Below the pieces are notes generated by a model that was not told the DNA's origin, searched no databases, and saw only the letters and a list, made by a program, of their open reading frames with translations. From contig CM119271.1 of assembly GCA_051294375.1 (NCBI GenBank), positions 6,945,632 to 7,009,631 on the forward strand: DNA of 64,000 bases, written 5' to 3'. Below are positions 1 to 11,641 of this stretch, in pieces. Within the stretch, counting starts at the first letter, position 1. Every line of letters begins with the position of its first letter. This DNA comes from Paraspadella gotoi. Taxonomy: Eukaryota; Animalia; Chaetognatha. The position numbers and the translations under genes are program-made.

Positions 1-55
1 TCGATGCTCTATTTTTTTATTAAAAATATTTTTAATAATTAATCCTCACTTCTAG

Positions 56-938
56 TGCGATTACAAGAGTGTGTCCCGATTCATTATCAGAAAGCACGAG
101 TCGATTCACGAAACGGTTAAAGGAGATTATCTGTGTCAATGCGGAGCCATGTTAAAATCTGAAGCTTCGCTACGAATCCACATGAAGCAAATGCATTCAC
201 GCAGTAAGGGTTAATTTGTTTGTTCTTGACCCACCAGAGAAACCTTCAATTCGTCTACTGGTAGGCGACCCAATATATTATAAATTCGAACCTTATTTCT
301 CCACTAACAGGCGGCAAAAAACGCATTCCCTGCCTCCATTGCGGCCAAACCTTTTCGCGAGCTCAAACTGCCAAGGACCACGAAGTTCGAGAACACGCCC
401 CGGGTGGAGGAAAAGGCAAGAAACCTTTTCGCTGTCCCTACTGCACCCACGAGTCCCATCTTTCTGGGAATTGTCTCAAAGTAAGTTGGAGCTTTTTTTT
501 AACGATCCTTAAAATTCCTTATTAACTAATTAACTCGTTTTTGTCGCTTCTCAGCACGTGCGTCACATTCATCCGGGCAAGGAACTTTGTTACGTGGATT
601 CGCGAAGCGGGGAACTATTGCTGAAAACAAAAGGCGGGCTTCTATTAAAACGAGTTTCGTCCATTGATCATACAACGATGGAAGGCGATGTCGAAGTCTT
701 GCGGACAGGGGCCGACGTTGTGCCAGTTTGCGTCGATAATCTCCCTGAGGCGAGGGCGACTGACCAGGTTCAGCTCTCGACCAACCAAGAAGTGCCAACC
801 GTAAATATCTCTGAAGAAAAAAGCGTGCCAAAATACGTTTACGCAGTCCCTGCATACCTGGAAAACAAAACTGTTGCCTATGTCATGGAAGCTCCTCCAG
901 AGGCGCGTAACGTAGTGATCCTGGGCATCGGGCACTGA
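56..938 (+). CDS. C2H2 zinc-finger protein, 3' part (exons 56-203, 311-480, 555-938; 5' end lies outside the window)
   Basis: Splicing at GT..AG sites gives one frame with finger motifs (CQCGAMLKSEASLRIHMKQMH, CLHCGQTFSRAQTAKDHEVREH, CPYCTHESHLSGNCLK|HVRHIH); stop TGA ends at 938. Confidence 0.8.
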
Positions 939-1089
939 TTCTTTCGATACAACATTTTCTATTTTTTCTTTTCAGCGCTTAAATTAAATACGATATTAAT
1001 TGTTTATTTTGCCCATTTTATACTGATTTTAATTCATCTACATTGACAATTTTGCTTTCAGAGCGTTTTTCTTAAATACGGTAGAAGTT

Positions 1090-1758
1090 ATGTCATTACA
1101 TCTACCGGATCAGAAGCCTTCCAGCCCTCTTTCCAGGGGTAAAGAGGCCAGTTTAACAGCTCAAATCAACAGAAAACAATCTTGGACACCGAAAGAGCAT
1201 TCACGGGGAAGCATTTGTCGTAAACGGGCTCGTAGCACGCCCCATCGAAACTATGATAACGCAGGAGAGTCCACCGACTCATTTCGTGCTAGAAAGTCTT
1301 CGCTGGATGTTCCAGATAGCTCCACCGATCCGGTTTTAATTCTTACGGAATTTTCTCCTAAAAGAAAATTTACCCGACCCAGTTCTGGTAGTAAGGTCAT
1401 TCGAAAAACTAATATATTGCGAGAATATCTATCTGAGAGTTCTCCGAGGTCGAGCAGCTATTCAGAAATGGGTGTAGTTGAAGTTAGCCATCAAATGAAT
1501 TCTAGATTCGATTCATCTCATAGAGACTTTTTGCGTTGGAATGGAGTGTCTGATACGAATTTTGGATCATATGACGTGTGGAGCTCATTACCCGAAGTTG
1601 GTTCTGACATAACATTGTTTAATTTCGAGCCGAAGAAATATTCTAAATTACTAAGTTTTTACGGCTTTGAAATAAAAAACAAATCTTATTTTGGAATATG
1701 TGAATGCCGTGTTAAATTGGTAGTAATCTATGATAATCTCATTAAATCTTTTTTTTAG
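1090..1758 (+). CDS. Ser/Arg-rich ORF of unknown function, possibly an upstream exon of the Ulp1-like gene
   Basis: 222-codon ATG ORF, preceded by tttcag near 1061; no recognisable domain; composition resembles the next ORF. Confidence 0.3.
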   Translation: MSLHLPDQKPSSPLSRGKEASLTAQINRKQSWTPKEHSRGSICRKRARSTPHRNYDNAGESTDSFRARKSSLDVPDSSTDPVLILTEFSPKRKFTRPSSGSKVIRKTNILREYLSESSPRSSSYSEMGVVEVSHQMNSRFDSSHRDFLRWNGVSDTNFGSYDVWSSLPEVGSDITLFNFEPKKYSKLLSFYGFEIKNKSYFGICECRVKLVVIYDNLIKSFF

Positions 1759-2106
1759 TTTTAGTTTTTTCCCACTATATGAAGTGTTCTTGCTAATAAT
1801 AATTTAAACATCAAGTCATAATCTAACTTAGTTGACTAGAGAGCTCAAAATAAAATGATTATAACTTATAAGTTTCGTGAAAATTTTTTGTCGCTTTCTT
1901 ATCACATACTTTAAAACTAACCTAATAATGTAATATCGCCTGTGGTCCTGTAGTAAAAAGTAATTTTGTTTCTTTAGGCGTAATTTTTCGAGTTTAGATG
2001 GGTTAATTTTTATATTTCCGAAACGTTCTTTAAATTGGCAAATGGCAAAAAGTTATGTCAGTCTAATTTCGTGAAGTTTTTTCAATTATCAAAGGAGCAA
2101 TTGAGC

Positions 2107-5089
2107 ATGCTTCCCCCCAATTTGGTAATGCCTGCGAACTTTCGCTCTGGTTTTAGTGATGCGATGTCGGATTCTGCTCATCTCTCTCCTCTTTTCGGCC
2201 GGCCTGTTGCTCAAAGATGTGCCTATCCTTCTCATCACCCTCCAGTCCGTGGCGGTGGATTTTGTCCATCTCGTCCGCGGTTTAATGATCGTCGGCTTGA
2301 TACTTCCCCTTCGTCGGGTAGTCATGGTCAAAATTTTTTCTATCCCGCACCAGGTCCCGTGGGCATAGATAATGAGTGTCGATTTTCCACGAATCGACGA
2401 CAGGAAGAATGCGCCTATGAATCAAAAGATAGTTCCGATTATCACAGTTGGTGCGAAAATATTTTCCCCGTGGAAGAGGCGTTTGACCTAAACGATGAAA
2501 TTCCCCTGAAAACTTCGAGAAAACGATTTTTTTCAGACGTTTATGACTCGAGACAACTCACAAATAATTTAAAATCTTATGAGATTTCAGCCTTCCGAGC
2601 GAAATCCCTGAGAGATCAGGATCAGAGATCCAAATCATTAGATGACGAATGTCAGATAATTGCAACCAAACTAGCGACGAATTGGAAAAACGATTCTTTT
2701 GAAAAGAATAATCCGAAGCTAAGAAAATACGTGGAAGAGGAATCTGGTGCTCTAAAGCAAAATTTATTCTCTCAATGTCATCCAATTGTTGCTACTGTAA
2801 AGCCATTTTCAAGTACCTGTTCCCCAGTTGCCGATACGAAGAAATCGAAAGAGGCCTTAGAACGCTTAAAGGAAAACGTTAATGAGGATTTTTTTCAAAA
2901 TTCCCTTTCACCGAATAGGGAGACCATGCAAGATGAGACGAAAAATTTTGAATCTAGTTTAAAACAAGAATCATCTAATGGTATAGAATCGGAAGAAGAA
3001 ATTAAAACTTTTGCGATTGGCGAAGGTTTAACTTTCGACGAAGGACTTTGGAATGAGGACACTAATGAAGAATTTAACGAAAAATCTATGAAAAATGAAT
3101 TTATTGATGATCTTTGTACAACTCCTAATCGTGAACAGGAAATATCCGAAGAGCCTACAAGATCAATTATAACGTCCCCTACCGGAGTGAGATGTCCCAC
3201 TCATAATCATTCAACAGTTGCTTCTGATCCGAGTGCAGACGAAGAGTTCCGTGAGTTGCCTGTAAAATATAATCATAAATATTATCTCTCCTCTCCTGTT
3301 TCTTCTGCTAAATCATGTACCATACTTGAAATATCCTCTGATTCTGGTTCTCTTGGTAAATTGTTGAGACCCACTCGGGAAGGTCGATATCAAGGTGCAG
3401 ACAGCCCCATAACGGTCCCAGAAGTTGACCCTCAGGATTATTGTTTAATAGATAATAATTTTTCCCGACAAGAAAAGTTTGACTCCGTCGAAGAATACAT
3501 GTCGTCACGTATGGGATCTCATTTTCTCTACGATAAATCCTCCCGTTCCGAAAAGTGGAGCGACTCTTCCGATGAATCTTACTCGTCAGATCAGGAAGAT
3601 AGTCGTAGGTGTATTTCCCCCAGAAATGATGTTGAAATCGTTGTCACCGATGACTCATTTAGCGACAATGAAAACGATATTTTCGACGTTAATTATACGG
3701 AAGTCATTTCCGATGATTGCTGCAGTGCATTCGACTTTGAAAATGAATCAGTTTTTGACAAAAGTAGGCCCGAATTTGTTTCCCAGGCATTGGATCACTT
3801 GACGGAAGTCAATAATGTTCTCAACGATTTGGTCTTGCGTGTATGTGATGAGGAAGCACAGTTGTTTAAGTATCTTCAGCCCGAAATATCTGTTAGAATT
3901 CCATGTCAAAGTGCGGAGGACATTGAAGAAGATGCACTTCTTGTTTTATCGGATTTGTTAAATAGTGTTGATGGTTCCCTTTGCCTAACTCCTGCATTGG
4001 AAGTGACTTACGCCGAATGGTTTAAAGTGTTAGGAAATGGCCATCCTGAGGAATCATTGGTTACTAATAAAGAACTCGACATCAATATTACTCGTGCTTC
4101 TCTGGTGACGTTAGTAGGTGAAGTGGAGGTTAAACGTTTGACCTCTAAGTCTCATATTAACGATGAAATTATAAACGGCTATATGGCTCTTTTGAAGCAC
4201 AGATCATCAATTAATGGAAGCTTACCAAAAGTCTTTGTGTTCAATACTTTTTTCTATGAGAGTCTACGCCAGGGCGGTCACGCGAGAGTTAAACGATGGA
4301 CAAAAAATTATGACCTTTTCCAGTATGATATGATAGTAATTCCTTTGAATTTTAAGCAAGAGCGTCACTGGGGACTTTTTGTTATCGATTTGGCAGCTAA
4401 ATTGTTTGTCTTTTACGATTCGATGAATGCAACTGATGCAAAAAAGTTCAAATTATTGAAGCTGTCTAAGAATGTTAAGCTGACTAATTTGTTCAAGGAA
4501 TACCTTTCGAAAGAGCATTCTCTTAAAAAAAGTTCCTTTAACCTTGATTTGTCTTTATTCAGCAATGAATTTTGCTTCGATGGACCGCAACAAAGAAATT
4601 TAATAGGTAATATTATGGCAACGGGGAGAAATGTGTGATGCCCGGGGTGTGAGGCATCTCCCGACAGCTGGCGCTCAGGGCTTTGGACCTGCAGTGACCA
4701 CCCCATGTCACTGACGTTTTTATGCCGACACCAGCGTGACCGTGAGGGGATTGAACCCGGAACTCACGGTTGGTGAACAAGTACTTAGTTGTCCATTGGA
4801 CAAGCCAATGGGACGAGCTGAGTTTCACCAAGCTATACGGGAGGCGAATTTAAGATTTTTAATATTTAATATTCAAACGTATATATTGACTTTTTTTAGT
4901 TCTTTATAAAAAAAGTAAAATCATTGCGAAAATGTTTATTTGTTTTACATTTTAACAGATTGCGGGGTTTTTTGCATGCGATTCGCTGAAGCATATACGC
5001 GTCGAGGGAGAATAGATTTTTGCCAAGCTGAGATGATTCATTATCGCAAGCAAATTTTTCTCGAAATTATTTATTTGAGTATCTTTTAA
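2107..5089 (+). CDS. Ulp1/SENP family (peptidase C48) SUMO protease-like protein; intron 4607-4958; start uncertain
   Basis: C48 motifs INDEIINGYM, FNTFFY, HWGL (His), YDS (Asp) and PQQRN; after splicing (G|GTAATA ... TAACAG|AT) the frame continues DCGVF (catalytic Cys) to TAA at 5087-5089. Confidence 0.85.
4616..4847 (-). mobile_element. Structured, tRNA-box-containing SINE-like insert in the Ulp1-gene intron
   Basis: GC-rich island in an AT-rich intron; the minus strand has A-box-like TAGCTTGGTG, B-box GGGTTCAATCCC inside the stem CCGTGAG..CTCACGG, and several more hairpins. Confidence 0.5.
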
Positions 5090-5628
5090 AGTTTATGAAC
5101 AATTTTTTCCGAGATCGTGACGTAAAGAAAACTACTTTTTGGCCCATTTTGCGATTTTCTGTCTTTAAACAACTTTTTTTTCTAGCTTAGCTTTTTTTCA
5201 AATGTAGATGTTAAGAAACATGTTATCAAGTAACTATAATTTTTTTAAGATATAAATTACCAAAAAAACTTAAATTCATAGCGAAGCCTAAGAACACAAT
5301 TTTTAAAATATCTCCTTAGATAATGCAGGTATGAAATTGGTAAAACCAATAATACAGATATATATTTATTGACAACTTAATTTATTCTTTTAGTTTTACC
5401 TATTAGAAATGGAGGAACAAGAAGTGGTTTTTAACTTATCGATCTCGCGTTCTTCTTCCATTTGTTTAATGTCATACAGTTTATTTAATCTCGTTTTGGT
5501 TGATTAATTTAATTTACAATTTCAGTTTTCATAGTTCGTTCATTTTTGTCGCCTTTGAACTTATAGGCAAAAAATGAAACTTTTACAAACGGTAAATTAC
5601 CCATAGGCGTTAAACGAACATCGTTATC

Positions 5629-7845
5629 ATGCCCGCCCTCGTGATGTTTGGTCGTCGGTGGGGAATCGCCTCGGACGATTTCGTTTTCCCCGGCGGTTTC
5701 GAAATATTCCTCCGTCTCGTGTGGCTTCTTTTCGTTTTGCTCGCTTACTTTCTCGAGGAAACGGTGGAGCCGAATGATTGTGGAAACTCTTACCACAACC
5801 TCGATGCATTTCTCCTCGGATCGATGGCGTTGCAAGGAATCATTTTCTTAACCGCTTCTTGCATCGTCGTTATCAGCGCTCTCGGTACTCTCAGCGACGA
5901 CAGGCCTCGGCGGCGACTTTACCTCTTTCTATACGCACGGTGCTTCCTATTTCTGCCCGAAATCGGCCTTGCTGTCTTCGGTGCCTTTTATCTAGTATCC
6001 AGCGGCATTCTTGGTATCGCCTCGTGTCCGCCGCTAATTCGCGCCGCCTGCGTCGGCGGAGTAAGCCTTAGTGTAGTAGTTCTATTCGTTACTATCATTA
6101 TCGTTCTCGTTATTTTCGACCCGCTCGGCGCCTCTAACAGAATTCGCGATCGGCGACGCACGTCTACCCTCGAGGCGGACTCGGAGCAGGCGATGGTGGA
6201 CAGGCGCCGGGCCGAACGTCGTAACCTGTGGGAGACCCGTTTGAGAATCCTTTGCTGCTGTTGTTTATCGGACTCAGACGAGAACCGCAGCGCGCTCAAC
6301 GATGTCGCCGACCTGATGACCGAACTGTTCGAGTTGGAGCAGGACGTGGTTCCCTCGGACGTCGCCGCCGGTCTCGTTCTTGTTCAGAAGCGTCAAGAAC
6401 TGGAACCTCCCCCAAGCCGCTCCCCCGTTCCTTTGTTTCCCCGATCGGTCAAACCACTACCGTGGATGACCGCTTCAAACGTATACTACTATTCTAAATT
6501 CGCCATGTCGATTTATAGTTGGCCCCTGTTTTGTTTCATGCATCCGTGGACGGGTCCGTGCCGACTACTAAACAAAATCCCTTCATGTTGCGGCGGCCCA
6601 CATAAAGACGATGCTCGAGAAGGTTCTATAGTCGGCAACAAATGTTGCGGACTCGCCGGCCTGAGGGCTATTCTTGGCCTTCCCCATGTTGAGATTCTCC
6701 ATTGCTCCTTCGAAAATCACCGAGTTTTCAGTTCTCCGTTCATGGTGGCCGTGGACGATGAGGCCAAAGCTGTGATAATCGCTGTACGTGGGACCATGTC
6801 TTTCACGGACGCAATCACCGACGTAATGACTCGCTGCGGGCCAATTTTTGACGAGGATCAAAGTTGTAGCTCCCTGCTCTCTCACTGCGGAATCTTGAGA
6901 GCGACGGACAATCTGCTGGAATTTCTAAATAAAAACGGCGTCTTGGACGCCGCGCGCCAGGGACGAGAAGATTATTCCATCGTGACGACGGGTCACTCCC
7001 TCGGCGCTGGAATCGCCGCCATCCTTGCTCTGAAACTTCGAAGGGATTTCTCCCGTCGAGGCGATGATTCTGCCCCGGATATCCGCTGCTTCGCTTTTTC
7101 TCCCCCCGGCGGCCTGCTCAGCGCGGCTGCAACGGATCTGGCGCGGCAAACCGTTTTATCTATCGTCCTCGATCAGGACTTTATCCCTCGCCTCAGTTAT
7201 CATACTTTCTTAAAGCTGCAAGAGGATCTCGCTCGAGAGATCGAAATCGCGGATGGACCTAAATTTGAGATCCTCGCCAAGGGCTGCTGGTCAGCATTTG
7301 GCCGCTGCGCTGTCGAATGCTGCGGTCGGGGGCGATTGAGGGGAAACGTGGAAGACGAAGAGGCCATCACGAGGAGCGCGGCCGTTGAAGAACAAAACGA
7401 CGAAAACCCACTCCTTATTGTTGGAGGCCAGTCGAATTACACAGATGGTGAGTGGTAACTTTAAGCGTTTCTACACTGTACGTGATGAATTATTTGTAAA
7501 TGACATTTTAGAGATGCTAACCCAAGAAGGACCTGACTCCTTCCCCGCTTCAAACGACTGTTTACGTTCCCAACCCAAGCTTTATCCACCCGGTAGGTTT
7601 TACTAAATTCAACGTGGCTATGTTTTATTTTAATGTTAACCCCTTTTTAACATCAAATTTCAGGTCAGATCCTACTTTTAAAGGAACATCAACGAGGAGT
7701 CGCCCATGGAAAATGGGTCGGTCCTGAGCACTTTCAAGAAATAATCGTTGGAACCACTATGATGACGGATCATCTTCCCGATCGAGTGCTTGGAGCTGTC
7801 AGGAGTTATCATGAAACTCAGAAAAATGGCCTTAGTTTGGTGTAG
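5629..7845 (+). CDS. DAGLB: sn1-specific diacylglycerol lipase, beta-like (exons 5629-7447, 7512-7592, 7664-7845)
   Basis: N-terminus MPALVMFGRRWGIASDDFVFP, four TM segments, VRGTMS, GHSLGAG nucleophile elbow, DFIPRL, LYPPGQI and DHLP; short C-terminus. Confidence 0.92.
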
Positions 7846-8199
7846 TTGGGTATACTACAGCTAAGGTTCTCAAGTCAATTTGATTTTTGATGAGAGAGGC
7901 TTGTGAAAAAAGCGGACCACACGCACACGTTAGTTGTTAGTATTAGTCAAATCATTGGAATACTATACAATCAAAAATCTATTTACAAAAACCGTTGCTA
8001 ACAATGTTGTCTAATTTATGTTCTCCGTATTGCTGTTAAAATTTTGCCATATTGCGTATTATTTTAGCTGGGTATTGTGCTATTTTTATGGTTTATCATT
8101 TACACTACTGCAGTTTGACCTAGTGATCAAAAGACTCTAACCTCCAGAGTCAGGAGTCCTGACTCTGTTTTTGGTTAGCCAATACTTTAGAACGAAAAT

Positions 8200-11100
8200 A
8201 TGGCAACTAAAAATATTACGACTAGACTTGTACAAGTCTCCAACATATCTCCAAGAGCAGCTATCGAACAAATCCGGGTAAGCATTCAGCAATTCTAAGT
8301 ATATCCTTTCTTCCGAAAAACCGTGTTATTTTTTTTTTTTAAGACTCTTTTCGAATATCTCGGCAAGATTCAAGACATGAAACTGTATCCTTCGGGGCTC
8401 CCAGTCGAGGATGACGAGTCAGCCCCTCCGAGAGTTTGCTACGTGATGTTCGAGGAGCTGGAGACTGTTGGAGTTTCTCTTCATCTCAATCAGACATCGT
8501 TCATTGATCGACCTCTAGTAGTAGCGCCGATGCACGAGGAGATTATGCCTGATGAAGAAACGGCCATGTCCATTGGCACACCAATTCAGGTAAAAGTAGG
8601 AATTCGTGATTGCGTAGAACAAATTTTGTCGTGTTATTTTGCTCTATATCAATTTCGCTACGTATTCCATTGCCGTCACGTTTTTAACATTCTGGTCGCT
8701 TTTTCTTTATTTGCCATTCTTTATCACCTGCATGGTCGTTGATATCCAGGAAGTAAGTTGTTTAATTCATTTTGTTGCAGCATTACAGCGGGTTTGATTT
8801 CATTAATTTAATCATTGGCGTCTTAAGGAAATGAAGTAGAAATGATTTTTAAAATTAACTTAGTAAAAAATAATTGCATGTACGATTAAAAATCACCGCT
8901 GGGACAATCGATTCATTCGTCCATATTATTTTATTTTCATTTTACTATTCTTTTACTTTATTCTTTAAAATGAAATCTAACTGAGCGAAACTGATTTTTG
9001 TTTTTGCCCCTCCTGGTTTCCGCCCAGATCGTGCCTGGTCAACCCGCCTCGCTCATGATCAAGCAGATAGAAAAAGCGGCGCTCAATGAACCTCCTAGCT
9101 CGAGCTTGGAGCGCCCTGTTTTGGCCGGTGCTCCGGCCAATCTCAACAAGCCCAACTCTTCGCTGGTCAATAAAGTCGTGACAGGTCCCGCTGGCACCGT
9201 CATTCAGACTACCGATCCGAGGTTAACCGCTATGGGCTTACCACAGTACCCGCCACTGCCAGCCAATATCGACCCATCGAAAATAGACGAGATTCGGCGC
9301 ACGGTTTACGTTGGGAACCTTGACTCGGCCGGCGGGGTTACAGCAGAGGCTCTTCTCCAGTTTTTCAACCAGATTGGCGAGGTTAAATATGTGCGCATGG
9401 CTGGCGAAGAAACGCAGCCAACACGATTCGCTTTCGTCGAGTTTTCAGACGTGGCCTCCGTAGCCCAGGCTTTGTCTTATAACGGGGTTATGTTTTTTAA
9501 CCGGCCGCTAAAAATAAACCATTCGAATAACGCCATCGTCAAGCCCCAGTCCAAGTCATCGGAGGCGGCGCAGCGGGAGATCGAGGAAGCTATGAAGAAG
9601 GTCGGTTTTTCATTTGAGCAACAAAAGGCGTGTGTGTGTTCTGGTCTCTGTCGCGAATGTCTAATGTTTTATCTATTCTTGGTTCAGCTGCTTTCAGAAG
9701 ATGTTATTGTTATTTAAAGGGGCTTTAGAGTCCTTGGTGTTTTCGTTTAATTGGAGCCAACAAATTCACTATTACTACCCGCATTACAATTTCAGCCCAA
9801 CCCCGGTAGCTTAAGAGCAAGCATTCTCTTCCCACCTAGCGGCTAGTAAGAGAGCGGAGTGGGTTGTCTATTGTCTAACCCACCTGTAGTAGCGGATTGT
9901 AGTCCGATCTGACGCTCTGAAGCTAGCAAATAACAGTATCTTTGTTGTACTATCGTGGTGAGCCCTTCCTTCTCTCTGTGCCCCTCAACAGCTCTGACCC
10001 GGTCCTGCCACTCAAAGCTTCTTCCCCGGGCTTGTCACAAAATACCGCCACTGCCCTGGGCATGTTACTAATGCCTCAGCCCGGGTCTCTGCCTCTGCCG
10101 TGGCTCCTTCTCTCAGCACTCCCTTGCGGCAGGCCCCTTCATAGTGTTTAGAACAGGATATATTATGCCTTCCCCCATTTTGTACTAAAATATATCCATT
10201 AAATAATAAATAGATTATCCGTACTGTTCTTACGGGTCTGCCGTTGCAATAGTTAGCTGTGCATTATACAAACCCTTGGAGGGTGGGAGCGTGGTGTGGC
10301 AATACATTGATTTCCGCTACTCACCAGACATCAGCGCAACCCTGATGGCTTAAACCAGAAAATCGTTTGTCCAGCTTGTGTGGAGCTAAAATGTCTCAGT
10401 CGTATTTGCCAAAGATTTGTTCCCATTGATTATGGCTTATCTGTTCTTGAACTCCTTTTTGTTTTTCTCAATTGTAGCAACTTTAGCGAGGTTTTTTCCG
10501 TTTTAGGTGAAGGAGGCTGCGTCCCATATGACAGCAGCAATCAGCGAGGAAACACCGGAACCGCCCAAGGAACAACCGGAAGAAGAAAAAGAAAAAGAAA
10601 AAGAGAAGGAAAAGCCCAAACCTGGTGGGAGGACGCGGAGTCGAAGCCGGAGCAAGAGCAAGGAGAAAAGGAGGAGAAAGTCGAGAAGCCGTAGTCGGGA
10701 GAGGCGGAGGTGAAAACATTTTGAGTGGTGGTGTAGCATTTGGGCAGTTGTAAATTCCACCCCCCCCATCTATTTTTTTAGGCGGAGGTCGAACTCTCGT
10801 TCTCGCCGATCTCGTTCTCGCGACCGCAAGCGTTCTCGTTCTCGTGAGCGCCGCCGGTCGCGCGACCGCGAGTTTCATCGCCGCGGAAGCGACCGCGGAG
10901 AACGCGGAGATAGGGGCGAAAGGGGTGACAGGGGCGAGCGCATAGAACGCGGGTATCGTAACCGTTCTCGGGAACGAAGTTCCACTTCTCGAAGCCGCGA
11001 CGAGAGGAAAAAGTCCAAGCGCAGCCGCCGGAGTCAGTCTCCGTGCGCGAGTCCGAAGGGAAAAAAGTCGGCGTCGCGTTCTCCCCCGCCGAGTAAGCGA

Positions 11101-11457
11101 AGGTCCATCTCTCCGGACGGCCGAAAAGGACGGGAATCGCCCCTCAAACGAAGGTCCGCGTCGCGATCTCCCTCGCCCAAAAAAAAGGAAAAGCGACGAG
11201 ACCGTTCTCCCAGGGACAAGGAGAGGTCCAAGGACAAGCGCAAAAAGCACGCCAGACGAAGTCGCACTCCCGAAGGCCCCTCTTCCGATGCTGACAAAAA
11301 ATCGAGCAAAGACATCGGTTCCAAACTCGCTTCGCTGGCTGGCCTCTTGGAGGGAGTCAAAAGGGACAAGCCTGATAAATACGAATCGACTCCTCCGCCT
11401 TCCGGTCCCCCGGACGCCGACGTCACAACGACGGATATGGACATCGATTCGGATTAG
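8200..11457 (+). CDS. SREK1: SREK1/SRSF11 (Srp54-like) two-RRM SR splicing factor (exons about 8200-8277, 8344-8589, 9028-9600, 10507-10709, 10782-11457)
   Basis: RRM1 (VQVSNISP...TLFEYLGKI...FIDRPLVV), RRM2 (KIDEIRRTVYVGNL...GEVKYVRMAG...INHSNNAIVKP), EK-rich stretch and long RS domain. Confidence 0.88.
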
Positions 11458-11641
11458 AAACTTCCCCCACCCAAATTTTGTTTTTCGACATTTGTTTTCG
11501 AATCGTCAATTTATGTTTTCCTTGTTTATTTTTATTTTACTTCATCACTAAGTCCCAAAGCCCGGATGACCTTCTTCTCATATACTCTACTGTAAAAAAA
11601 AGGGCTCTGCGGAAACTATTTTCGAAGATAAGGCGTAAAGC

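Noticed and set aside
8301-8309. ATATCCTTT, matching the U12 AT-AC donor consensus, in SREK1 intron 1
   Set aside because: The intron is explained by GT-AG sites, no matching U12 branch point and AC acceptor was found, and one 9-mer is plausible by chance in AT-rich DNA.
10483-11444. Long minus-strand ORFs (255 and 136 aa)
   Set aside because: Antisense shadows of the low-complexity RS domain of the SREK1-like gene.
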